This document shows positions 35,570-48,140 of a stretch of DNA of 64,000 nt, piece by piece. How positions within the stretch are numbered: position 1 is the stretch's first letter; every line of letters starts with the position of its first letter. The stretch lies in assembly GCA_013265495.1 (NCBI GenBank), contig MU058883.1, forward strand, positions 248,001 to 312,000. The letters run 5' to 3'. Origin of the DNA: Vicugna vicugna (Eukaryota). The position numbers and the translations under genes were made by a program. The notes beneath the pieces were generated by a model. It saw only the letters and a program-made list of their open reading frames with translations. It ran no database searches and had not been told where the DNA came from.

Positions 35570-35700
35570 GCTTTGTGTGCATCACCTCATTTAACCTCAC
35601 AGCCTCCTCAGGCAAGGCCCAACAGACTCCCCATTAACCGGGAGGAAGAAAACAAGGTTCCAGGGCATTCTGCACCTGCCCGTATTCACACAGCCAGCCA
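35570..35700 (+). mobile_element. MIR SINE fragment
   Basis: catcacctcatttaacctcacag...ccccattaaccgggaggaagaaaacaagg...ttcacacagc matches the MIR core. Confidence 0.6.
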
Positions 35701-35865
35701 AGGGCACAGCCAGGCCTCCCCAGCCCAGTCAGTGCAGCCCCGGGGCCCCACTCAGCCCAGGAGTCTGGGACAAGACCCTTCGTCCATCACCGCTTGTCCC
35801 ATCTGCTCTAGTTCATGCCTGGGGCGGACCCGACGTAGGGGCACCCGGCACAGGGGCTTCCTGCC

Positions 35866-36022
35866 CTGCAGAACGGGGCCCGGGAAGGAGGCACCAGCCC
35901 GTCTCAGGGCTCTGACCCCTCCTCCCTCTCAGCGCCCCGAGCCTGCTCTGCAAAGCGGGGCCCGGGAAGGAGGCACTAGTTAGCCCATCTCGGGGCTCCT
36001 CCTCCCTCTCAGCACCCCGAGC
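35866..36022. repeat. Imperfect tandem duplication, ~82 bp period, 2 copies
   Basis: ggggcccgggaaggaggcac...cctcctccctctcagc(g/a)ccccgagcc starts at 35875 and again at 35957. Confidence 0.85.
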
Positions 36023-37834
36023 CCCCTCTTGGAGGCCAAGTCCACTGGGGGCCAGTGAGCCCACCTCTGAAATTGGGGACAGGGGCCTCCTGCTCAGGGG
36101 CAGGGGTGAGGTCCTCGTGAAGCCTGGGGCTGGCGAAGGAGGCCCTGCTGAGAAGGGAAACAGGACCCCCTCCTTCCCTGGTGCCATGTCTCCACTTGGC
36201 CACAGGGTATGTTTCCATTTTACCCAGAACCTTCCTGGAGGAGCAAGATATTTGTAGGGGGGTGTCCAAGACCAGCCAGAGCACGCCTCTATCGTGCTGG
36301 CCATTGTAGAAATGCAAACTTGAACAAAATGTCCACACACACCCCCGACCGTGCAGTCGTACTGATGGGCTTGGAAGTTTCCACTCATCAGGGAAACAGG
36401 CGCTAAACCGGGTCCACCCCAGGGATGAACCTGAGCAGATGGGATCCCACCCCAGAGCCTTCCTAGGCAGGCTGCAGCCGCCTCAGCCAGCCCGTTCCCC
36501 TCCAGGACCAGCGAGCAGGCCGCCACCTCCAGGGAGCCTTCCAGACTGCCCCAGAGAGCCAGGTCCCTGCTCTCCACCCTGCAGGGCTGTGACCCTCCTC
36601 CGGTGCAGCCACCACCGCAGTTTCCCTTGACAGGGTCTCCGCCTCACCAAGCTGGTGTCCCCGGGGAGGGCCTGCAGCTGCCTTTGCAAAAGATCTGCTC
36701 CTGGAGAAGACGCCTGTGTGTGCGCGCCCTCGGGAACACACCAAAGGAACCGCGGCCTGCTCGCGGCCCCGCGGGGCCTCTGCTGCGACTGCCCGGGGCA
36801 CATGCACAGTGACCGTCTGTGCTGACTATCACAGCCGTGACCTACAAGGAAACTAGCCTCAGAAGGGCCTGTTGTGCCCCCACCCTGGCCTGGGGCTCCG
36901 TCCAGAAAAGGGCAGGCACCGCCCTGCCCCCTCCCTGCAGCTTGAAGACTCAGACGCTCCTGTGGGGGCCTCCCTGCTGCTCCTTTCAGCGTTCAAAACA
37001 GGGACCCACAGCACCCCCCACAGGGACCCAGGAGGCGACGGCCCTGACCCTTCACCAGGAACAGACTAGAGTCTCACAGACAAGCCTGGATTAGGGACCG
37101 TGATGTCCATCCCTAGGGTCTTCCAGGCCCTGCAGCTGGCCGCCGCGGGCCAGGGCCTCACTCAAGGTGGGGAGGGATCCACGGTCCCTGGCCCAGGAGC
37201 CCGTGCCTCTGAGTGACTGCAAAGCCTGGGCTCTTGACGACTTTACCCCCACCTACTTCTAAAAGGGCGTGTGGCAGCCACAGCAGGAGCATGGCTGGAG
37301 TCGCCCACCTGGCCGGGCGAGGGGCTCACACCCAGGGTGGGAGGTGCAGTGTGGAGGTCTCCGGCCGGGCTGTTCCTGTCTGCCCCTGGTCCTGCACCCA
37401 CCACGGCCCCTTCCCCGTCTTTTCTCTTTCACTTTGCAGGGAGTGGGGCGGGGGCAGCGGAGGCAGCCTGGCCACCAGACCGGCCCACATGCAAGACCCC
37501 TGCTCCCGCTCTTCGGGGAGGGTGAGAGGAGGGGCGGGCAGGGCTGGGGCGGGGGAGCAGGAGGCCAGCCAGCGTCTAAGGAAAGGCAGGGGACTACCAA
37601 AGCAGCAAAATCAAGAGTGGGGCGGGGGCTCAGCCAAGGGAAGGTGACGGGAAGAAAGCCGTAAAGAATTAAAAACAAAGAAGAGTTCCAAGGAAATGAA
37701 CTAACGAGGAAGGTGGGAGGAACAGGAGGGAGAGGGGAGCAAGTGTGGAAGGGATCCAGAAGCTGAAATGAAATTTCAGGGCCGTGGGAACGGGGAGGAG
37801 AGGCTGAAATAAAACCAAGGGGCACGAATGATAC

Positions 37835-37861
37835 CTAGGCAAGTCCGAATCAAGAAACTGC
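37835..37861 (-). CDS. KIF1A: KIF1A alternative microexon A (27 nt, QFLDSDLP-R/S)
   Basis: ttttgcag|GCAGTTTCTTGATTCGGACTTGCCTAG|gtatca; phase 2-2; CACTAAC branch point at 37885-37891; resembles a peptide I recall from KIF1A isoforms. Confidence 0.85.
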
Positions 37862-40196
37862 CTGCAAAACACAAACAATCACAGGTTAGTGAGGGCAGGG
37901 CCGGGCACTGGGCAGCGGGGCAGCGGGGCAGCGCGGAGAGAAGCCGTCCGCGGCGGCAGGCCCACTCTGAGCCGGGGAAGGCGGCAAGCGTGGGGCCTTG
38001 GAGCGGGAGGAGGCCAAGGCCGCAGCAAAGCAGGTGGGCAGCCCGAGGCTCTGAGGCCCGAGCCAGGCCTGGGTCTCAGAGCCTCTGCGCCTGCGGGGGA
38101 GAAGGGCCGGCCTGATCGCCGTCAGACCAGACGGGCCCATCACAGCTCCGAGGATGCCAGCCATGGTCCAGGGAAGAGGAGGGCCCTGGGGAGCCTCAGA
38201 ACAGAGCCTGCCTGGGGACAACCACTAAGAGGTCCCTGAGGCTGCTCCGGGCAGGGCTGGGGTGGGGCTGTGCTGGCCTGTGCAGCACAGCAGGAGCCAA
38301 GCAGGGCCAAAGCGGCTGCAGGCAAGGTCCCCGGCCCCGCCCATGTGCGTGCTTCTCCACCCCTGGGCCTGAGGGTCTGGGCCTCACTCCCCACAGCCCC
38401 CAGGCCGCAGGACGGAAGCCCGAGTCCTCGGGCCTCCAGGAACGGGGCGAAGCTGTCTAGCCAAAGCCCCACTGAGCCCAGGTCCAGCGCAGTCTCCTAA
38501 GCTGCCAAGGACTGCGCCTGAGACGCGGCCCCCACGTGCCCCGAGCAGCCGTGCTGGCCGGAGGATGGGAACCCAGAAACACTTCAGCGCAGAGGGACAG
38601 TGCAGGGCAGAGGCCCAAAGCCACCCCCCACCACCTCTGTCACCCCAAGAATCTAGGCGTTTCCAGGGCAAAGGAAGGGTCAGAAGTCGGGGGAATGTTG
38701 AGCGCATCCTCCAGCTCAAAGTGGACTCAGCGCGGCAGACATTCCCCTCCCTGTGGCACAGGCCTTGCCGGGCCCACCTTCCCCGGGGTCCCCGCCCCCG
38801 AAGGCCCAGGCACAGCCCATGTCCCTCAGGGCAGCCTGCGTGGGGGCGCCAGGCCCTCTCTGCAGTGTCCCCAGGGTGTGTTCCCACGGCGTCAGGCCCA
38901 CCCACACTGTGTCTCACCACCCCCCCGTAAGCCCAGCCAGCCTGCCAGGGCGCCGCTGCGTGCGGGGACACCCCCAGCACTCTTCACCTCCGCCCCTCCC
39001 TCCTCCGGGCATACGCACAGGGTGACTTCCTTCTGGAAGGTTCCTGAGCAAGGCTGGAACCAGAGCCACGCCTGCCCCTGCTGGGGTCTCTGCCCTTGCC
39101 CCCCAGCTGCCCACGCTGCAGAATGGTTTCCTTATGCCCACCCTCCGGGGAGCCTATGAAGACACGCTCCACCTGGGCCCAGGACCCTCTGTCCTTAGGA
39201 TCTGGCTCTCCTTGCAAGGCTGGGGTCCCCCACCCCGCTCCAAGCACATCCAGCCCTCAAGACGTAGGGCTGTGGGCCCACCCGCCGTTCGCGCTCAGGA
39301 CCAGCTCTCGGCCTCTGCCTCAGGGGCCAGGTCAAGCCCTCGGGTCTCAGGGGCATCCTCCCCATGTCCCCAGACCCCTAGGAAAGCAGCATCTGAGACA
39401 CAGCCAAGCCTGCCAACGTCCCCCCAAGAGGGCCGCTCTCAGCAGCCGGGAGCTGCCCACCCCTGCTCGGCCCCCTGATGCCTCCTCCTCGAGCCTGCCC
39501 AGCCTAGCAAACGAGACAGGGCTGGTATGTCATGGATGGCTGGGGGGCCCCAGGGGCTCCCGCGCCCCATCCGCTGCCCCAGGTGTGGTCGAGCTCAGGT
39601 TGCCCAGCTGCGGACACCGTGGCCATCACCAGGGCGCTTGGAAAGGAACAGCCCAGTGACAAGGAGCGTGTGCCAAGCCATGCCAGTGGGCACGCCCCCA
39701 CCCCGGGACGCCAGACTGCCGACCCAGTGCAGCTCTGAACTCCTCCAAGACCCCCGCCTGAGGACCCCTGCAGAGGGTACAGACTTGCCCGCAGCAGTGC
39801 GGTTGGGAAACCCAGGCCTGTTTGTCCACCCGCTGCCCCTTGCTGCCCACCCACCCACGGTACTCCTGAGGGCAGGACCCAACTCATCCACCAGCAACGC
39901 CCACGCAACCCCTCCATCAGATGACCGACTGAACGGGCCAGGTGAATGCATGAGCCGGTGACAGGACAGTGTGCAGACCATCTTGCCGGGGACTTCGAGG
40001 CCATGAGCCCCCCCACCCCACACCCATTCCTGGACATGTCAGGAAGGGGGTCCTGGAAGGCTTTGGGGCCGGACACAGCCTGCGTGGCTGGACCCCATGT
40101 GGCCAGGTGGGCAGACTGAGAACACACCCTGGTCCTGACTTGGACCGTCTCCAGGGAGTTGGGAACAGACCTGCTGCCGCCCCCCGAGGGGACTCA

Positions 40197-40478
<282 letters not shown>

Positions 40479-42129
40479 TCAGTCACAAATGACCCCCTCA
40501 CTGTCTCCCTCGGCCCCAACGGACAGAGTCCAGTCACTCACCCTAGAACTCACAGGCCCTGCTACCTGTTGGACAAGGAAACCTGAGCAAGACGAGAGGA
40601 AAGCGCTCCCTCCTCTCCTTGTGCTTAGAGAAGAAAGACGGGAAGCACCGTCTGCGGCGTGAGCCTCTCCCGCGGGGGCGTTTCCCGCAGGGCCCCCCGC
40701 CCCGCTGCCCAAGCTGGGCGCGTGGCGGCCGCTCCGTCGGCAAAGGCGCCGGAACCACTGCCAGCCGGGGCTCCCGCCTGGCGGCCCCGCTCCTCACGCC
40801 TTGCTCTGGTGGTGATGGTTAAGCTGGCCGCTCTGCTTCCTTGAGGAACAAGCACTAGCTCGCTTTCTCTGTTAAGCCAGAGAGGAGTCACCGAGCCTCC
40901 CCGCCAGGAGACGAAGCAAAGCCCAGCGCTCGGCCGGGGTTCTGCGTCTGCAGCCAGGGCTGCCTGCTCCGCTTCCTGGAAGCCTCCTGCAACATTTGAG
41001 TTCTGGGAGGAGGCGGGCGGGGGCTTCCTAAAAAGTGTCCCCCCAGCAGTGTGTCCCCGTGGCTGGAGGCTGAGGGGGGCGGGCCCCCCAGGACCCCCTG
41101 CTGCGGAGGGTTCAGCTGCAGGAAGAATCAGAGCCCGACAAAACGCTGATGCCCAGGGAGCCCCGGACAGGCCGAGCCACGCACTCACAGGCCTGCGAGG
41201 TTCATGGAGCCCACAGAGGCAGAGCCCGAACCCCTGAACCCAGAGTGAGGGCCTGGCGTCCATACCAGCATCTCCCTAAATCCCTTTCAACCACGTAGAC
41301 AAACACTCCTGTTCGCATTTTCGAAAGGGAGGCAGCCTGGGGGTAAGGGGAGCAGAGAGGAAGGTGGGGTCCTGGGACCAGGGCCTGGTTTCCCCAAGGC
41401 CAGTGAGGGTGTGGCCTCTGTGTACACACTTGGACACCGGTCACTGTCCTAGGACTGAGGGCAACGGGGAGGGGTGTCAGGGAAAGACTCCACCAGGGAC
41501 GGAAGCTCGTCGCCTCCCTCCCAGGCCTGAGCCAGGTCAGCGGGAGGCGCAGACCCTTCTCTCCGGCTCTCCAGGCAGAACAGGCTCAAGGAGAAGGCGG
41601 CACTGCCCCACCCGGACATCCGTCCCCGTCCACGTGCGGAGGGTCAGTCAGCGAGCTGGGCATCCGCTTAATCTTTTTCTTTAAATTGATGCACTGCTTT
41701 TAGATTTGCCCTAAAAACATCTGAGATGGGCATATGTGTGTTTGTTCTATCCTTTTTCTGTCTCATGTGAAGACAGACACCGAATGTCTAGAATAAAAGC
41801 ATTTGTCCTGGGGCCCCCACCACCTCCCTGCCCACAATCCCGCACTTCAGGCTGCAGGACAATGGGTCCCTCATACTGCCCTGCTGCTACACCCTCAGAG
41901 CCGCCTCTGCGAGTCCCAGGGACACTGCCCGTGAGCCGCGGCCCACTGGACACAGAAACACCCGACACATGGCCTCCGGGGACCCGCAGCTCCAGGGCAG
42001 GGCGGGGCGGTGGCCTCAAGCCGATGACACATGGGAGTGGACAGCTGTCCCTGTCCTTGAATGGAATGTGGACAAGCTCTTTACAGCTTGGCGAAAGAAG
42101 CATTTCTGGTAGATGAAATAGTTGGCGAC

Positions 42130-42222
42130 GGAAGCCGCCAGAACCACAGCAGGGTACGTTTCTGTTGTTTTAAGCCACCCAGTTCGTGCTGCTTTGTTAC
42201 AGCAGCCCTAGCAAACTAATGC
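42130..42222 (+). mobile_element. MLT1 LTR 3' end
   Basis: tttctgttgttttaagccacccagttcgtgctgctttgttacagcagccctagcaaactaat is the characteristic MLT1 terminus. Confidence 0.8.
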
Positions 42223-42269
42223 GGTGATTAAATAGGAATGTAGGGTCATCTCCTGGATCCAGGTCCTTC

Positions 42270-42370
42270 TTTTCAGGGGAGGCACTGAGGCACAGAGAGG
42301 CTCAGTGACTCAGCCAAAGTCACACAGCACCAGGAGCAGAGCTGCAGTCAGAACTCAGGCGTCTGGCCCG
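42270..42370 (+). mobile_element. MIR SINE fragment
   Basis: gaggcactgaggcacagagaggctcagtgactcagccaaagtcacacagc. Confidence 0.7.
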
Positions 42371-42449
42371 GGGGCTGGGGGTAGGGGTGGGGGTCTGTGC
42401 TCTTCCCACCAACCCTGCCCAGCCCCCAGAGCAGCCCCCACCCGCCTCA

Positions 42450-43115
<666 letters not shown>

Positions 43116-43739
43116 TCAGCAGCAGCGAGGGCATCTCCCTCCAAGAGAAGCCATTCGCAGGTCCCCACCCACAACCCAGACGCCCCACGCTGGGCGCAGT
43201 CGGGCCTCGGTGACCACCCCGGGGAACAGATGTGGCTGCTGGCTTCTTCGTGCCCGGGGAGGGGGGCACATGGCCACATGCACCTGGGCACAGGCCCCTG
43301 AAGAGTGGGCAGCGGCTTGAGACCCCACAGCCACACTCAGTCGGAGGCCCCAGCACCCGCCCCGGAGCCCAGCGCTGCACCCCCTTCAGCCGCAGCCTGC
43401 TTCAGCTCCCAAACACCTGCTTCCAGCACAGAGGCCCTGCCTCACTGAGGCCCCGGTGCCTCTCTGCCTGCTGCTGGCAGCCTCACGGGGGCACAGGGCA
43501 GGCACCCGACCTGCACCCTGCTGCCCTGTGCAGAGCAAGGGGTGAAGGACATAGCGGCGTCCCTGTGCCTTCACCCTGTGCCCCCCACTCCACGGGGACC
43601 CTGCGAGGCCCAGTAGGTGCAGGGTGGCCCCAGGAGCATGGAGAGCACAGAGCCATCACCAGAACTGTGCTCAGCTGTGGAGGGCCTGCCCGCCCGGCAC
43701 CCACCCGCCTGGGGGTGCATGCAGGAGAGTCCCACCTAC

Positions 43740-43795
43740 CTGGCTTGGACAGTGGCATGACACGTGGGAAGTGGCGCCGTGAGGGCCTCAGGGGG
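43740..43795 (-). CDS. KIF1A: KIF1A exon ~34 (56 nt)
   Basis: cag|CCC...CAG|gtaggt; PLRPSRRHFPRVMPLSKP. Confidence 0.95.
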
Positions 43796-44328
43796 CTGTG
43801 GAGACAGAAGCGCCAGTGTGAGGAGACAGAGGGCTGTGCCCGCAGGACGCTGAGCTGCAGCGGGGAGCCGAGGGCAGGAGCTGGCAGAGGGGACCAGCAG
43901 CATCCTGACCCCAAGCAAGGGCCTGCTCCCCCCTGCCTCCCACAGGGCCTGCGAAAGGCCCTGTCTCAGGCCCCCACCAGCTTGGATGGAGGAGGAGGGC
44001 CCCTCAGACCCTGCCCAGGAGGCCCTCTGAGGCCAGGAGAACTGGGTGAGGTCAGACGCTGGTTCTTGGTCCAGGGGCTTCTAGGACACAGCCCCCTTGG
44101 CACCCCGAACACAGACGAGGCTGCTGGGGTCAAATGCCATAAAACCAGCTCCTCTCAGGGCCCTTCTCTTTCCCCAGCACCCCGGATGCTTCACGCTGGT
44201 TCCTCACGTCAGCTGAGAGCGCAGGGAGGTGTGGGAGGCAACAGAGGGTCCCGGTGCCCCTGACGCCCATCCTGGGTTCTCGCCTGACTCGGGGTAGGGT
44301 GGGCGGTCGTGACGCACCCTCCGAGCCC

Positions 44329-44342
44329 CCAGCAGGTGGCAG
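44329..44342 (+). promoter_or_regulatory. Candidate CTCF site in a KIF1A intron
   Basis: CCAGCAGGTGGCAG matches the core CCASYAGRKGGCRS; motif only. Confidence 0.4.
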
Positions 44343-44745
44343 CAACGAGGGAGCAGGACGAACGTCCCTTTTTCAGTCTCAGGTGTTGAGGGCTCTGGGG
44401 GACGGAACACCTGGGCCCTTCACCAGAGCTCTGAGTGGGCAGCAGAGGCCGCCTCCTCTGTGGGCCACCTGGCTTCCTCCAGCCCCGCGCCTGGCTTTCC
44501 TCAACCCCGGGACACTGCCCACGGCCAACCGAGGCAAGGGGCTGACAGCGACCTCTTCAGAAAATCCCCCTTCCGTCCGGAGGGGCCTGTGACCCGCTCT
44601 GGGTCCTGTCGACCTGGGAAACTGGCCCCCTGTTCATTGATGGGGAGGGGGGCATTAGGAGGCACATGGCTCTGCTGACGCCACCAGGCCTGTCTAGGGT
44701 GAGGGCCGGCCCTGCTGGCCCGGAAGGGGAGGGGCCCTGACCCTC

Positions 44746-44812
44746 ATGACCCCCGTGATGACCCCACGACCCCCGTGATGACCCCACAACCCCCACGATG
44801 ACCCCCACGGCC
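44746..44812. repeat. ~20 bp minisatellite, 3-4 imperfect copies
   Basis: Repeated atgaccccacgaccccgtg-like units. Confidence 0.85.
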
Positions 44813-44832
44813 CCGGTGCCCGGGCGGCTGAC

Positions 44833-44951
44833 CTGAGCACGTCCTTGCAGAGGGGCGGGAACGGATGCTGCTGGTAGTGGCCAAAGACCTCGAAGACGAT
44901 GGGCTGACTTCTGACGTACTCGATGAAGGACCGGGTCACCTCCACCGCGAT
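44833..44951 (-). CDS. KIF1A: KIF1A exon ~33 (119 nt)
   Basis: cag|ATC...CAG|gtcagc; [40 protein letters not shown]. Confidence 0.96.
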
Positions 44952-45289
44952 CTGAGGGTGAAGCAGGCGGGAGGGGACACGGCCATGTGTGGTCAGGAAC
45001 AGAGAGGAGAGTCACAGAGACCCCGGCACTCCAGGCCCAGATCGGAGACCCCGGCCGGGCCAACCCCTGCCCACGCGACAGCACGGCGCACCTCAGCCGG
45101 GTGCGTCCAGCCCCGCCTCTCCTCCCGTCTCACACCCAGTGGGCACGCCACCGGGCAGCGGCACTGAGGCTCCCTCCCCGAGACGGTGGGCCTGGGGGCC
45201 ACGGGCGCAGCTGCTCTTTCAGAACACAGAGCTGGGGAAGGGCCTCGGCAGCCTGATCTCACCCTTCTCGGGCCCTGGCCCCCCACCAA

Positions 45290-45675
45290 GAGTTACGGGT
45301 GAGCTGTGTCTGCCCCCAGGTCCGTTTGTTGAAGTCCCAGCCCCAGCACACATGTTTAGAGACAAAGCCTTTACAGGGGCAATCAAGTTAGAATGAGGTC
45401 ATTGGTATGAGCCCAGTCCAACGTGACTGGTGTCCTTGTAAGACGGGGACGCAGGGCACAGGCTCGCACAGAGGGAAGATGACATGAGGACCTGAGGCGA
45501 AGACGGCGTCTACAGCCAAGGGCAGAGGCGGGAGCAGACTCTCCCTCCCGGCCTCGGAAGGAGCAGCCCTGCCCACTGGGTCTCGGGCCTCCAGCCCCCA
45601 GAGCTGAGAGGCAGCAGCTTTCTGTGTCGGAGCCCCAGGGTGTGGGGCCTCATAGCGCAGCCCGGGAAATGGCTC
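45290..45675 (+). mobile_element. MLT1 (A/B/C-like) solo LTR
   Basis: aatcaagttagaatgaggtcatt...gactggtgtccttgtaag...gaagacggcgtctacagccaagg...gcctccagccccagagctgaga. Confidence 0.8.
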
Positions 45676-46361
45676 CAAGCGCACCTTCAGATCTGGCCTG
45701 GATTCCCTGGATTAGAAACCACTGGGAGCTCCCCTCCACCGGGGTCAGGACAGTCCACATGCGCAGGGCCCTTGGAGCAGGGCCTCTGGGACGTCTCTGA
45801 CCACACACCCACCAGCTGGGCTGCTCAGAGTCAAACACACTCCCCAGCCTGGCCCTCAAGGGCTTGCCACCCAGCAGGATCCATCGTGGCCCCGTCTTCC
45901 GGCCTCACACCAAAAAAATCCTGTCCTCGGGCCAGGACCCTGCACTCCCGGGCCTGGAGCTTTTCTGGCCTCTCCAGGTTGTCCCTGCAGCTGTCTGTGT
46001 GCTCTGCCTCTGCCTCGCCCCCAGCACCAGGCCAGGCCTGCCTCGCCAAGCACCCCGGCCTCAACGCAAACCCCAGCCACCTCAGACACATCCCATCCAC
46101 GTCTGCCCAGGGCTCGCTGCAGAGGGCTCTCAGGGCTCTGATCTGCCTTAGACCACCAAGGCCTCCCACTGCCTAGCAATGGCCCACAGGCCCCCGCCGG
46201 GCACCGGAGGCCCGGTGTCCTCACGCCTAGCACGAGGCTGTGCGCAGAAGAGGGCCGAGAGCACGAATGAAGCTCAGCTGTCTCAGGGGGGCCGGGCAAA
46301 GCCGGAGACCCGGGGAGGGGCCCATCAGCCGCAGAAGGAGAAGGGGGCTCTGAGGACGTAC

Positions 46362-46452
46362 ATTCTGGACGTGGTAGAAGCCGAGTGGGGGCCCCCGCCC
46401 TGTGTTCTTCAGGGGCTCCGTAGAAAAGGCCTCGTCGTGGCGATGGATAAAG
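46362..46452 (-). CDS. KIF1A: KIF1A exon ~32 (91 nt)
   Basis: cag|CTT...AAT|gtacgt; [31 protein letters not shown]. Confidence 0.96.
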
Positions 46453-46593
46453 CTGTGAAGCAAGAGGAGACGTTTGGCAGGTGCGGAGACCAGGGACGGG
46501 AACCCACGGCCACCAGGGGTCGCCAGGGTGCCCCCGCACGGCCTGCTCCTTGCCAAGGCCCACCGGCACAGCCCGGCCCGGGGAGAGGCTCAC

Positions 46594-46765
46594 TTGAACT
46601 GGCAGAAGATGTCGGCATATTCAGCAGAAATGCTGGACGCCTGCAGGACAGTCACACGGAAGGTGAAGGTGGTGCCCAGGCTGAGATGGTCCAGGGTGGC
46701 GTCCAGGGGCCCGTCCAGGGCGGCTTTCTCTGGACTGTCCAGGAGGCCCTCCGGGGTCACGGCTG
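46594..46765 (-). CDS. KIF1A: KIF1A exon ~31 (172 nt, or 169 nt with the second AG of a CAGCAG acceptor)
   Basis: cccag|CAG|CCGTG...CAA|gtgagc; (A)[56 protein letters not shown]. Confidence 0.93.
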
Positions 46766-46803
46766 CTGGGAGCCAAGACCAGAGGGGCATGAGCCCGGGC
46801 TCA

Positions 46804-47169
<366 letters not shown>

Positions 47170-48054
47170 TTAGTCTGCAAAGCAGGAAAGGAGGCTGGGA
47201 AATGGTCTCTGGCCTTCAGTTCTGCCCCCTCACCCCAGCCAGGCCTGCCCGCTCCCCTGAGCTCCCTGGCCAGGGACCCCGCCACCGGGTGCCCGCACAG
47301 CCTCCTGCTGCCCCCTCCGTGCACCCCAGCACTGACGACCCCTCCAAGAGAGTCAGTGTTGGGGAGCTCTGGGCTCAGGGCTGCAGGAGCACTGCGGTTC
47401 AGGGTGGGGGTCAGAGGGGGTCGGGTTAGTAAAGAGCATAAGGAGGAGAGAGGAGGAACCACCCAGTCTGGGGGCAGAGTGGGACCCTGCTCTGCCACCC
47501 TCTCGCCAGAGAGCAGAAAGGGACGCCCTGGTGGAAGGCAGAGTCCCGTCAAGTGAGGACCAGAAGGGGCAGCACCTCGTCCTTCGGCACCAAAGCAGAG
47601 CCACCCCAGCACCTGCTGTGGGGACTGTGGAGGGGCCTGACGGGGGCGTTCCTAGTTCTCACTGGGATGTCAGGGGTGGGGGGGTAAAGAGAGTGGTGGA
47701 AACTTGGGGTTCTGGGGGAACCCCCAGGGGAGGGAGCCTGCGAGAAGGGGAACCAGAGGGGGAGAAGTCTTGGAGTCTGCTCCGGAAGCTTGTGGTGCAT
47801 CCCTGCTCTGTGCCCCTGCCTGGACCAAGGGCCGGGTGGGGAGCGCAGGTATGAGACACGGAGACGCTGGAGGTGGGGAGATGGACCCGGTGGGTCAGAG
47901 CAGGTCAGACGTGGGGACAGGGCACCGCGAGGCTCTGCTAGGGAAGACGAGCGACAGCCCCAGGGGGAGCCCGCGCCCGCGGCTGGCCCGGAGTGCGAGT
48001 CGGGCTGGAGGCCTGTCTTCCAGTGTCGATGGCTGAGCCACGCGTGCATGGTAC

Positions 48055-48140
48055 CTTCTCAAAGTGCTGGTCATCAAAGGAGATTCTGGCAGTTCCCGAC
48101 TGGCGGACACCGGAGCCATAATCAGGGGCCTCTTCGTCAG
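48055..48140 (-). CDS. KIF1A: KIF1A exon ~29 (86 nt)
   Basis: cag|CTG...AAG|gtacca; [29 protein letters not shown]. Confidence 0.96.

Noticed and set aside
38583-38603. REST/NRSE-like TTCAGCGCAGAGGGACAGTGC
   Set aside because: The left half-site is degenerate and the spacing is one base off canonical.
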